NCBI RefSeq assembly: GCF_041956535.1
Contig: NW_027192197.1
Coordinates: 197,829-261,828 of the forward strand
Source of the DNA: Calcarisporiella thermophila CBS 279.70
Taxonomy: Eukaryota > Fungi > Calcarisporiellomycota
Length of the DNA: 64,000 nt
Direction: 5' to 3'
This document shows positions 1-11,034 of the stretch, piece after piece. A model generated the notes under the pieces. It searched no databases, was not told the origin of the DNA, and was given only the letters and a program-made list of their open reading frames with translations. The translations under genes and the position numbers were made by a program. Position 1 is the stretch's first letter. Every line of letters starts with the position of its first letter.

Positions 1-214
1 TAAAGCAATCTCATGATGGGAAGCCAAGAAAGGGCAGAAAATGGACGTACCATTCTTTCGGAGGGATAATCTTGACAATCGATGATTGCATGCCGTAGTG
101 CGTAATGGCACTCATAAATCGGCGAAAATCGCGAAACTCCTCCATGCTCGGCTCGAACACCGGGATGCGACCCCCATTGTCCACATCGTAATAATAGGAT
201 GGGTGTATCTCCAT
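1..214 (-). CDS. JmjN/JmjC histone demethylase (Rph1/KDM4-like), 5' exon only; gene runs off the window
   Basis: IPVFEPSMEEFRDFRRFM..GIVKIIPPKEW-like JmjN signature (seen as SSIVKIIPPKEW); exon 214..51 is followed by donor GTACGT at 50. Confidence 0.85.
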
Positions 215-448
215 GAAATCTCTCTTATTCCGGAGCTTCTTCTCGGGGTAGTCCAGAGATGATGTTGAACAGATTATAGAGGGGGGGGGGTGTCAACAGT
301 CGCTACAAGGAGTTAAGGGCTGGTGGTGTGACTCGGGCTGAGAGGAATAAAAAAAAGTGAGCGGATAAGCCACCCATAATTCTTTCAAAAGTGCTTCGAA
401 TGGAAAATCTAATGTGGGAGTGAATATGAAATTTTAATATATTTATTG

Positions 449-2079
449 CTACATTCTCTCTAAAGGCTCCACTCCCAGAAGCTTGAGTCCAGAGCCAAGC
501 ACACATCTCGCTGACCATAACAGCAACCATCGTGCATCTGCTACAGCTGATTGCCTTCCTTTGACACGCAAGACCCTGTGGGCCTCTGAGAGGGCGTGTG
601 CTAGTTCAAATAATATAGACATCAATGGCTGAGGATCCATGGATTGATGTGAGAGGAGAACAGCATTAGGATATCTCATCAAAATTGATGCCAGAACAAT
701 CACTTCATCGCCATGGAGCAGACTCAGATCGGCATTGGGGTCTAATCGAACGCATGCTTTTCGCTCGATCCTAAAGTGACAAAAAAAATACACAATCAGA
801 GCTCTCAAGGAATCGAGCTATTCAGCCGATCTTGTTTACCCGCACAAGCGCGCATGCGTATATTCCAAATAAACACCACTGTCTCCCCTCACATCCATTA
901 GTCTGTCCCAGTCAAAAACGACCTCTCTTGTTCGGCGAATCTGCTCAATCTGAGTTAACACCGCGGCTTTTGCGGCGCCACGCGCTGTTCTCGACACGAC
1001 CTCTTCAATTTTATCCTCCTTGCTAAGCTCTAGCACCAGCTCGTCCAATTTTCCCTCGTTTTCACGCATGATCTGATCCATGGCATCTATTGCTCGTGCC
1101 ATCACCTCGCTTACAGAGGTCGAGATACCTCGCAAGGGGAGATATTCTACATGGTGGCACTGCTCCGAGTTAACAAGATGAAATGCTTGCTTAAAGTGCA
1201 GAGCACGGCGGTTGGGCGCTACGATGTAGATCGAGCTTGCGTATTGAAGATGGTGACGGAGAAAGGAGACATCATTGGCAAGTTCAGTTGGTTCGCCGGA
1301 TACTCTAAGTTTCGGGCGACCAAGTCCAAGAGAAGAGAGATCGAGAGTCTCGATGTCATCCGGCAAATTTGAACCTGAGGCTAGGTGCCCCCAAGCATGC
1401 CCTTTCGTCGGCTCGAAGCCGAGCACCTCGTGTTCTTCACTACACATTTTCCCATCAACCGAATTCTCTTCGCCATCCTTATTCATCTCTGTCCCCCTCC
1501 AGTCCTTCACTCTATGTACTTCACATCCTGAAAGCTCTAAAATTCTGGCCACGAATCCTGCTAATATTTTGCCCCGAATTTGATTTCCTATTTCGTTGCA
1601 CTGCATAGCACATACCACAACTTTTCTCCGTTCTTCCGAGCGTGGAAGAGCAGCAGACGAAAAGTTTCCTCCATCTTGCACTATCCGCTGTAAGATGAGC
1701 TTTAGAAATTCCTCTCTGTGCACTCTAAAATTGAGGAAAATTCCTTCGACATTGACTCCTGCAATGAGGTTGCTCGCTTTTATCTGATGTTTCCCAAGAT
1801 GAAGTAAGTTGAGGAAGATGAATATCAGATCTGCGAACCAATCACCTTCTCCGCTAACTCACTGGCCACGCTTGTACCGAACTCCTTAGTACCGGGTAGA
1901 AGACGAAGCACGGGTAGTGCCATTACCTCACAACGCGTGGGTTTTCGTATAATCTCGAGTGCATCTCGAATCTGGCGCTCCTTAATATCATGGGAAATCG
2001 AGAGAGATGAAAATGCGGGGACGAGGAGAGATGTTATGTGCGAGCGAAGTAAATCGAGTGGAAGAGGTGCTATTATCAT
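449..2079 (-). CDS. Arginyl-tRNA synthetase-like protein with DALR domain; catalytic HIGH motif degenerate
   Basis: Exons 2079..1846, 1783..840, 770..449 (GT-AG, about 499 aa). ArgRS motifs GIFLNF, GDSGVYLEYTHARLCGIERK, ARWLL..VLGSGLKLLGVEPLERM. No HxGH motif. Confidence 0.85.
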
Positions 2080-2252
2080 AGTGTTCGGTCCGACGACATA
2101 AACGCTGGCATGTTTGGAAACAGAGCACAGGTTTTACATTTGTGGCTGGTTTTCTCTCTTCTCCATATAGAATCTTATTGAAATGGGTCTACGAAGCCAC
2201 CAAAATTAAAAATTTTGCTCTCTGATACACCATTTGCATTGGAAGCTAGGCA

Positions 2253-3840
2253 ATGGCAGCATCCATTGCTCAAGCCCTCACATATAATGCCGCTGAAAAC
2301 ACATCATCGTCATCCATTATAGACAACATTAATCTGCCTTCCACTCCTGAAAATCGCATACTACCCAATGATACCACAATAGAGGAGTCACCGCAACCGC
2401 AAGATCACACTTCACCTCAAGATTCCGCCAGCTCTCCACAAGATTGTTCTCAACAACCAATTAATACATCCATCAACGAATCAGAAAACAGCGCCTCTGT
2501 ACCATACCAGACTCGGCATGCATCTTCTCGCCGCGATATCACCAGTTCTAACAGCAAGGTAGCTTCAAGCAAAGTTCACCCTCGATGGCACAACCAGAGC
2601 TATATGCTTTTCTTAGCATTGCGCCAATCCAAGGCAAGCTCCATGTTCCGCACAGAATTGTGCCGTGCTGCTCTTGCCATGGACGAGAAGATCTCGCAGG
2701 AGAGGGGACTGCCGCGCGTGTTTAGGGGAAAGGCAAGATCCTAAGTCAATAGAGAAACTCTTTATTGAAAGCCGTGACATTAATGGGATGCATTATCTTT
2801 TTGTGTAATAGACGCCTATGAATAGCGCCTCCAAGGTCCTGACCCTCAATCTGGATCGCTATTTCATTGCTTTTAAAGAGCCTGGTGATCGAGCGACTCG
2901 CTTTCGCCTCGCATACGAACCAGCCAACTTCGAAAGCGCCGTCAAGGCATATAACGAATGGATGAAGAAGCTGATCGAGCACGATTGGCCGCTCTGTTTT
3001 GGTAAGAAGAAGGAGAAGAGTCCGGGAGAGGAGCCGCGACAAGGTACAGTTGAGTGTGTGGAAGCAGCAGAAGATGCCAATATCAAGGATTCGAAACGAA
3101 AAAGAGAGAGGGAAAACGAGACGAATGGCGGGAATGCAAAGAAAGTGTGCGTAGATGCGAGCACGCAGACCACCTTTTTGTACGGATCCTGCGACGACTA
3201 TGACTCTGAGTGCGAGACGCCTGCGCACTCCAACGGGTTGGAATCAGATGAGTTGCAGCATGCTTCGAAACCGTCGGCAACCTCCGGGGAATCAAAGCCA
3301 CTGCCCTCCGATGACCCCTCTTGGGTGAACATTGATGAGCTGGACCTGTCGGATGTACCCAAATCTATCCACGACATCGTTGAGGTGCGGCCGTCAACGA
3401 TACCAGGAGCAGGGAGCGGCCTGTTTGCAAAGCGTTTTCTCCCGTATAACACTCCCCTCGGATTCTATTTCGGGGTGCCGATGACCGAGGACGAATACGA
3501 CTCGCTCAAGGACGGCGTCGGGCTTGCCTCCAACTATTCCATCATGTATCGAAAGAGCGTGCTCGACGCAACGGATGAACGCGGGCAGCCCTTTACGGAT
3601 CCAGGAGGGCCGCTGTACTGCCCATTCCATTTCATGAATGAAAACCCCGAGAAGGCGGGAATTATATTTCTAGAGGGCAACGTCGTGAACCAAGTCATTT
3701 GCTGGACAAAGCGCGACATACAGCCCGAAGAGGAGCTTTTTGTCTGGTATGGAAAGGAAGTGGAGCGCTCCTACACCTTGTCCACCCCAGAGATCTCGAA
3801 GAGGAGGAGAAAGGCAGAGGAGAAGAAGAAGAAACAATAA
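2253..3840 (+). CDS. SET/PR-domain protein with N-terminal winged-helix (HARE-HTH-like) domain
   Basis: Exons 2253..2732 and 2812..3840 joined by a GC-AG intron, giving FRGK|TPMNSAS. SET motifs PSTIPGAGSGLFA, FMNE, RDIQPEEELFVWYG. Basic C-terminal tail. Confidence 0.8.
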
Positions 3841-4343
3841 AGAGCATGAATCATGTTAGCCTTGATGACTTGCATCACGCTTGTGCGTGTGCGGAATTGT
3901 CAGAAAGCCCCTGCGGGGTTCTCCACTGTTGGAAGCTTATGGGGATTAAGGTTTATCACGGAATCATCTGGAACTCAGCCTTAGCATTCAGAAAGAAATG
4001 AAACTAAATGGAAATCTTTTACCGACCCTATCATGGGAAGGGGAAACTCTGTTCCACAAATCGGCGAGAACCTTATGATCTAGTTGCATTGCCGGAAATG
4101 CATTAGAAATTTCTAATTGTCAAAAAAGAAAAATAGGATCCATAGCAGCCTGTAAATAGGAAGATATGTATGGAACATACAAGTAGCGCACATAGAGATA
4201 GCACGATGAGATAAACTACTACAAGGAAGTGTGTATAATATTGCACTTGAAATAGAAACGATAAACAGAGAGAAAGGGTTCAGGGAAAAAAAAAAGGCAA
4301 CGGCTGTCCGCCGATAGTGATTCATCTATTAAATACAATCCTT

Positions 4344-4373
4344 GCTATACGCGATCCGGCTATACGTGATCCG
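4344..4373. repeat. 15-bp tandem repeat x2 with one mismatch
   Basis: GCTATACGCGATCCG GCTATACGTGATCCG, downstream of the WBP2-like gene. Confidence 0.8.
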
Positions 4374-4445
4374 GTTAAACTTTGAAATAAAGGAAAAAAC
4401 CAAAAAAATATTCTGAGAGAAAAAAAAGTATATACAATAGAGGCA

Positions 4446-4991
4446 CTAGGCCATATAGGCCGGCGGCCGGTCTCTGGCGAAATCGTGCTCGTGGTAGGCG
4501 GGCGGAGAGGTGGAAATGTTAAGCATGTCGGACGTGACGGCATCGAACAGGCCATCCCGCCGGGCCCCAGGATGAGTTTCCGCGATCCGCCGTGCGGCCG
4601 CCGTTTCAAACACCATTTTCAAGTACTCCTTAAACATGTCCTCATTGCGCCCCTTGATCCAGAACTCAAGCTGGATGTTTCCCATTTCCAGCAGCTGTAC
4701 ATCCAGGAGGATGCTCCGGGAAAGGGTGGGCGAGCGCCGGATGGAAAAGCAATTTGCGAGGGGGAGACAGAAGCTTGTGAAAGGCGCATTGGCGCTAGTG
4801 GGGCGGAATATGAGGCGATGGGACGTGAGAAAGAGGTGGCCCTCCACTTTGCGTGTGCCGCTGGGCTTGCGCGGCATAAAATCAACGGGCGTGTGCTGGA
4901 AGAAAAAGCCCTCATTTTCGCAGGGCACAGGAATCAGGACCCCGTCGGAGCGGGAGCGGAAATTCACATTATTGAAGAAGGCGCTTAGCAT
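4446..4991 (-). CDS. PH-GRAM domain, PPxY-containing WBP2-like protein
   Basis: GHLFLTSHRLIF..FTSFCLPL GRAM-like core; two PPAY motifs at the C-terminus; first ATG at 4991. Confidence 0.65.
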   Translation of the reverse strand: MLSAFFNNVNFRSRSDGVLIPVPCENEGFFFQHTPVDFMPRKPSGTRKVEGHLFLTSHRLIFRPTSANAPFTSFCLPLANCFSIRRSPTLSRSILLDVQLLEMGNIQLEFWIKGRNEDMFKEYLKMVFETAAARRIAETHPGARRDGLFDAVTSDMLNISTSPPAYHEHDFARDRPPAYMA

Positions 4992-5819
4992 GATGATTAG
5001 GTGGGGTGGCAACGACGAGGGAGTGCAATAGATAGAAGCCTGAATGCGGTTAGGGTTATCTGTGGACGATTACGAGAGGCGAAGGAGGGGGGGAAGGGTG
5101 GAATGCTGGTTAGTAAGACACAAGTGCCAGTTAAGAAATAGGAGAGAAATGTATGAAAGCGGCTCTCGAAAAAGGAAAAAACCGCTAGCTCAGGGGAGAA
5201 ACCTGTAGGTGCCGGGCTATCCATTCTACCAAGCCACCGGAAAATGGGTAAAAATTAGCTAGTCGTCCCCTTTGCCATTTACCCGCGCTGTACCCCCTCC
5301 TGACCGTCACCAGCCCGGTAGAGCCCCTCACCCGCAGGCAAGCCCGACGCCGTTGCTCTTTCATTCTGAGTTTCTTGGCGCGAATCTTTTCCTCCTCCTG
5401 AGCGCAACCTTATTCCGGTCACGGCTCTTTTCCTGCCCACCGGGCGGATCACACTCGCGCCCCTCACCTTCCCCGTGTATGTCTATTAGATATAAAGCAT
5501 AAACTTTTATTTTCAAAGATTCAAGAATAAGAAAAAATAAAAAGTTTTTTTCATAATTTTCTCTCTCCCCTTTTCAAGAAGATAAAAAAAAAAGAAAAAA
5601 TAATTCCAAAAATAACAAAAATAGGTTAAAAATATTAATAATAAAGTTAAAAAAGAAAAAAGAAGAGTATATCAACACACATGCACGCCTAACGAGAAAA
5701 CTTCTCCATAGTAAGTTGAAAAAAGAAAAAATAAAGACTTAGCAAAAAAAGAAAAAGATATAGAAGTAAAAAATATATATATATGAGCATTCTTGAATTT
5801 TCAAACTTGACTTCCATGT

Positions 5820-8800
5820 TTACACATAGGGGTTCACCACCGTCAACCGTACCACGGGCGGGTACTTGGTATCCTCGACCGTGAGGACCACGCGTAGCGA
5901 GGAGAATACCCGCAAGACCTGTGAGTTAGGCATCTCTTTCCCATCATCATCCGCAACCACTCTGTCCTCCTTCTTCGCAGCCTCGGCCCCCGTGGACTTC
6001 AGCCCACTCTTACTGGCCTCTGTACCCAACTCCACAATCTCTCCATCCTCCCCCTCGCTCGACTCCTCCTCCTCGTCCTCCTCCTCCTCCAGTACCTCCA
6101 CCCCCTTCTCACGGTTCCGTCTCTCCTCCATCTCCCGTCTCGCACGCTCGAGCGTGTCCACACCAGCCTGCCAGCTCAACTTCAGCGCCCCATCGGCATA
6201 GACAGAGCGCTCCAGCGGCATCTGATCCAGATGCACCCGCTTCTCGACGCCGTATCGAGGCACCAGCACATCGAATGCCTCTGCCTCCACCGCCATCACC
6301 AAGGCATCGCATGTGATGGGCTCCCGTGAGAGGTAGGCACAGAGGTGGAGGTGGTGGGAGGCGCGTAGCGCGTGCCGCGCCATCTCCTCGCGAGCATTGC
6401 ATTGCTCGGCCGTCTTGGAGATGGCCTCCTTGTCCAGGTAGAACCTCTTCTCGCCCGCGAGGGCGGCCTCAAGCTGGCGGTGGACAAGCAGGTCGGAGTA
6501 GCGCCGCACCGGGTTGGTGAACTGGGTGTGAAGGGGGACGTTGAGCTCGTAGTGTTGGTATTTGGAAATGTCGACGGCGCCCGTGCAGAAGTAGCGCGGG
6601 GACTCGACCAGCTTCTCCGCCAGGGTCTGGAGCACCCGGCGCTCTTCCGGGCCGGCGTCGGCACGGGTTATGGCGCGCATTACCGCCCGCGCGGAGGAGC
6701 CCTCGATAGGGTAGCCGGCCTGCTCGCAGATGGCGCGGAACTCGTTCATCTTGCGTGCCAGCGGTTCGGGCTGGCGACAGAGCAGCGCCTGGTCGGGCAG
6801 GTGGCTGGAGATCTTCTGGGCCACGCTGCTGTTGGCCAAAAGCATCAGCTCCTCCATCATGCGCTCCGATTCCATCTGCTCGCGCACCGTGATGTCCACG
6901 GGGCGGCCCGCATCGTTGAACATAAACTCAATCTGGGGCAGCTCGAGGGTCATGGCCCCGTTCTGCACGCGGTCCGATCGCAGCTTCTTGGCGATTTCGT
7001 TCAGGGTGCGGATCGAGTCCTCCACGTCGGACTTCTCCACCCCGTGCACCTCGGCCGCCAGGGGCTTCCCGTCGATGACCGACTGCACCTGCTCGAAGTC
7101 GAGACGCGCACACGAGCGAACCACCGAGCGGGCCATGGTCGTGTCGATCAACTTAGCATCCGCTGTCATCTTGCAGATGACCGAGACGGCCATGCGGTCG
7201 ATGCCGGGCTTCAGGCTGCAGAGGTCCTCGGCCAGCAGCTCGGGTAACATGGGGACCAGCTGCTGCACGAGCTGGGTGCCGACGGCACGAGAGCGCGCCT
7301 CCTTGTCCACCGCCGAATGGGGGCGCACAAAGTAGGCAACGTCGGCGACGTGAATGGCAATTTCGTAGTTGCCATCAGTGGTCTTCTTCACGGACACCGC
7401 GTCCACCAAGTCGTTGTCGCTGGGGGCATCCACGGTGAAGGCAACCATGGCTCGCAGGTCTCGGCGCTCCTTCATCTCCCCGTCGGGCACCCGCCACGGC
7501 ACGGTGGGCAAGCATGCCATGACGGTCTCGCTGAACGGCGCGTTCGAGACGTTGTGGTCCGCCAAGAGGGCCTCGGTCTCGACGCTGAGGCTGCCGATCT
7601 CTCCGATTTGGCGCTCGAGCGTGCCAAACGGATGCAACGAGGTGATCGGCCAGCGCTTGATGGTTCCGAGGAAAAGCTTCTTTGCGTACGCCGAGTGGTT
7701 CTCCACGAAACCCTCGGGCGCCTGATCGATGGGAATCGCAATCAGTGGGACACGCTTGTCCGACGGGCGGAACCAGACAATGCGCGGACTGCTGGTATCT
7801 TTTTTCTGCGGTTGCTGCTGCTGCTGCTGTTGGGTCGAGTCGGCTCCCTCCTCCGCCTTGCTGCCCTCGCTCTCCCCATTCTGCTCGTTCTTCTTTTCCT
7901 CACGCTGCGTGTTGGGGCGAGAGAGACCAAGCGTCCCCGAGTAGATCTGGCCCTGGGGACGATCCAGGACCGCGACGATCACGCCACAGAACTGCGGACG
8001 CACCTTTTCGATGTCGACGTCATCCGCCAGCACCTCGGGCTCTTCGTCCTCCTCTGTACGCTTGCGGAACTCCTTCGGGTGACGGCCACCCAGCTTCATG
8101 ACCTTGGCATCCTCCTTCTCCTTCTTTTCTCGCAGCACCTTGTCCACATCCACCAACCGCACCGCCACGACGTCGCCCTCGAGCGCTCGATTGCGGTCGC
8201 GAGACCCGCAAATGTAGATGTCCGAGTCGAGATCCTCCGAGATGACATAGGCATCGGAGCGATTACGCTTATTGATGCGCAGTACGCCACGAATCAGCTG
8301 CTTCGACTTGAGAAGCGGCGTCACCGCGGAGAAGGGTAGATGTGCAATGAACAGAGGTCGACGGCCTCCCTGCATCTGGTTCTGGCCGCCGCCCCCGAAA
8401 AAGCCCGACATGCGGGGCGAGAACGGCTCTCCATAACCGCCATACTGAGACATACGTGGTGAATAAGGCTCACCTACGGCACAAGAAGAAAGAAAGATAA
8501 GACACATAGCCCCGACAGCGCACAAAATTGCCTCGCCCTCCTCCTCCTCTTTCCATCCTTTTTTCCTTCCTCCTTGATACAACACAACAAAATAATAGAG
8601 CTAGGGAAATGGGGGGTGAATGGCTTACCCATGCTTGCTCTCCAGCTGTTATCATACCCCCGAGAGGACTGACGCTGATGGCCCATCATCGGCGGCACCT
8701 GGATGGGCTGAAGCGAGAACCGCTTGCCAACACGAGCACCCAACATCGCGTCCATCTCGGCCAACGGAGGAAGTTGGAACGACATCCGGTTGCCTCCTGG

Positions 8801-10075
8801 ACGGGGCTGCATCTGCATTCCGGCTGGATCGGGGCGCACTTGGCCACCGGTCCCCATATTCATTCCAATGGGGGCCATTGAGGTGGTATAGCGGCGAGCA
8901 CCGCGGGTGCGCTGAGGCTGGCCTTGCTGGTGATGGAGGGGAGCTTGTTGGGGATAGTACTGCTGCTGGTCATAGCCTTGGTTTTGGGGCGCGTGCATGC
9001 TGCGTCTCTGGTCATAGTTGGAGCGACGATCTCCAGGGTGCTGCTGATAGAAGTCCATGACTCCCCCGTGGAGGTAGGGGCCGTTCGAGCCACTCCCTCC
9101 GGCCTCGGAGGATCGGTGGTAGCGACCCTGGTGGTATCCACTGCTGTAATCCTCCACCGAGGTCGGGGTCATTCCCGAGAGTTTTGCCTCGGCCTCGGCG
9201 ATGGCATTCCGTTTGGTCTCCTCGTCGGCCTCGTCCTCATCCTCACCCAGCTTGGCCAGCTCCTTGAGGGAGGAGAGCCCGTCCTTGGTCATGAAGGCGC
9301 TACGCCGACTTCGCCCTGCGCTTCCGCTAGAGCCTGTGTTCACCTCGGGTGCCTGAGGTGCATGGTCAGAGGCCATCGAATCCTCGCCATTCTTGTTGGG
9401 CATCGCAGACATAGAGAGATGTTTTCGGTGACCGCGCTCCTTGGTAGCCGGCGGATAGGCGCCAGCTTGAGCTTCCATGCCGTTGGGCTTGGCCACGACC
9501 TTAACCGGTGGAACGGATCCAGTCGGCAAAGTCTTGAGGGTTGAAATGATGGAGTGAAGCGATTCAAGCGCCTCCGACTTCTCCGCTGCATCCCCCGACG
9601 CAGCTGCATTTTGCCCCCCGGCGGGTGGAGAGGCCCTGGACCCAACGCGACTCTGACGCTTGCTCTTCTTTGTCGCGTCTCGACTCCCAGCACTCTCTGG
9701 CTCCTCCGCCACGGGCTGTAAGCCAGCACGCTGGCCTGCAGAGGCCGCGTCCGACCCAGCAGCAGAACGCGAGCGCTGATGCCCACGCTGCCGAGATGAC
9801 GGTTGCTTGGCTAGGCTGGCCTGCTGCTGTTGCTGCTGTGGCTGCTGAGAGCCTTCGGCATTTTCTTTCTGGAGCGGGAAATTCACGGATCGTCGCTTGC
9901 TTCCCCCCGAGGTTGAGTTGCGTGACTTGCTGCCCGACTTGCCCCCCGTTTCGGATGGCTGTTGGTGGTATTCAATCACGGTCGTCATTTCAGGGGCGTC
10001 GAAAAGGCCACGTGTGGACTCTGGTGCCGTCTCGAAGGCAGCATTAGGGTCATCGTACAGATGATGATCGTCCAT
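5820..10075 (-). CDS. SSD1: Ssd1/Dis3L2-family RNB protein, predicted inactive pseudonuclease
   Basis: Exons 10075..8629 and 8473..5820. RINKRNRSDAY, DRNRALEGDVVAV, RWPITSLHPFG, HTQFTNPVRRYSDLLVHRQL. Active-site motif reads DAPSDNDLVDA. Disordered Q-rich N-terminus. Confidence 0.9.
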
Positions 10076-11034
10076 GATGATTTTCTCTCTTCTTGTCTCA
10101 AAACGTCACTCAGTCCTCTTCAAAAGGTTAAAAGAGAAAAAGAGGAAGAAAAAAAATTAAAGGTGCGAAAGTGATTTTCAGAATGACAAGTAGCGGATAA
10201 GAGCACTCTATGCAATTCAAATAGGAAGAATAACGAGGTCAGTGGGGGCAGTTCAATGAATAAGCGAGAAATAGCAGGAAAAAAAAAAAACGCGACGTGA
10301 AAAATAAGACCCCATGGCACAGGCTCTGAATCTGCCGTACCGGGTTGTGCTCGAGCACGTCGACACAATAGGATAAATACGAAAGATGGGAAAAGATGGC
10401 TTACCTTTCTCTCTTCTTCTTGTTCCAGGTGTCCGTTTGAAAAAGAGAAGTCGCAAAAAAAAAGAAACAAAAATCTCACCGCTTTTTATTCTTTTTTTTT
10501 TCTAACACGGGATGAGAGCGGAAGGGAGTAAATGAGAGTTGAAAGAAAAATAGAGAATATATATAATATATATAATAAAATAAAATAGTATAATGACAAT
10601 GAGTGGGCGACTTGATGGAAGAAAAAAAAACGAACTGTGCAGGAGTGATAAAAACCTTGAAATGTTGAGGGCGAACTAATTGAGCGTGGCGTGCCCTTGC
10701 CTTCGACTGACCGGTTTTCCTTAAATCTACGTCACCGCATAGGTGCTTTTGCCACCGGTTACCTGATACTCTAGATTTCTTTTTCGAGAATGTGGGGAAG
10801 GAAAAAAAATGTATTGTAAAATGAATGAATGAACATCGACCAAGCAAAAGAGAAACAATATACATCCACAACACTTTTTATATGTATATATTAAAATGTA
10901 TGTATAAAAAATAATTAAAAGGTCCAAGGAATTTTTTTTTCAATTTTCAATGATTGTATTTCGTTAGAAAATGTACAAAATCCCAAGCATAAAATTGTTA
11001 TTGACAACTCCAGTGCGTGCCTGACTCCACCGTG

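Noticed and set aside
5866-8339. Long + strand ORFs (291, 201, 340 aa) opposite the Ssd1-like gene
   Set aside because: Antisense shadows expected from high third-position GC; no motifs.
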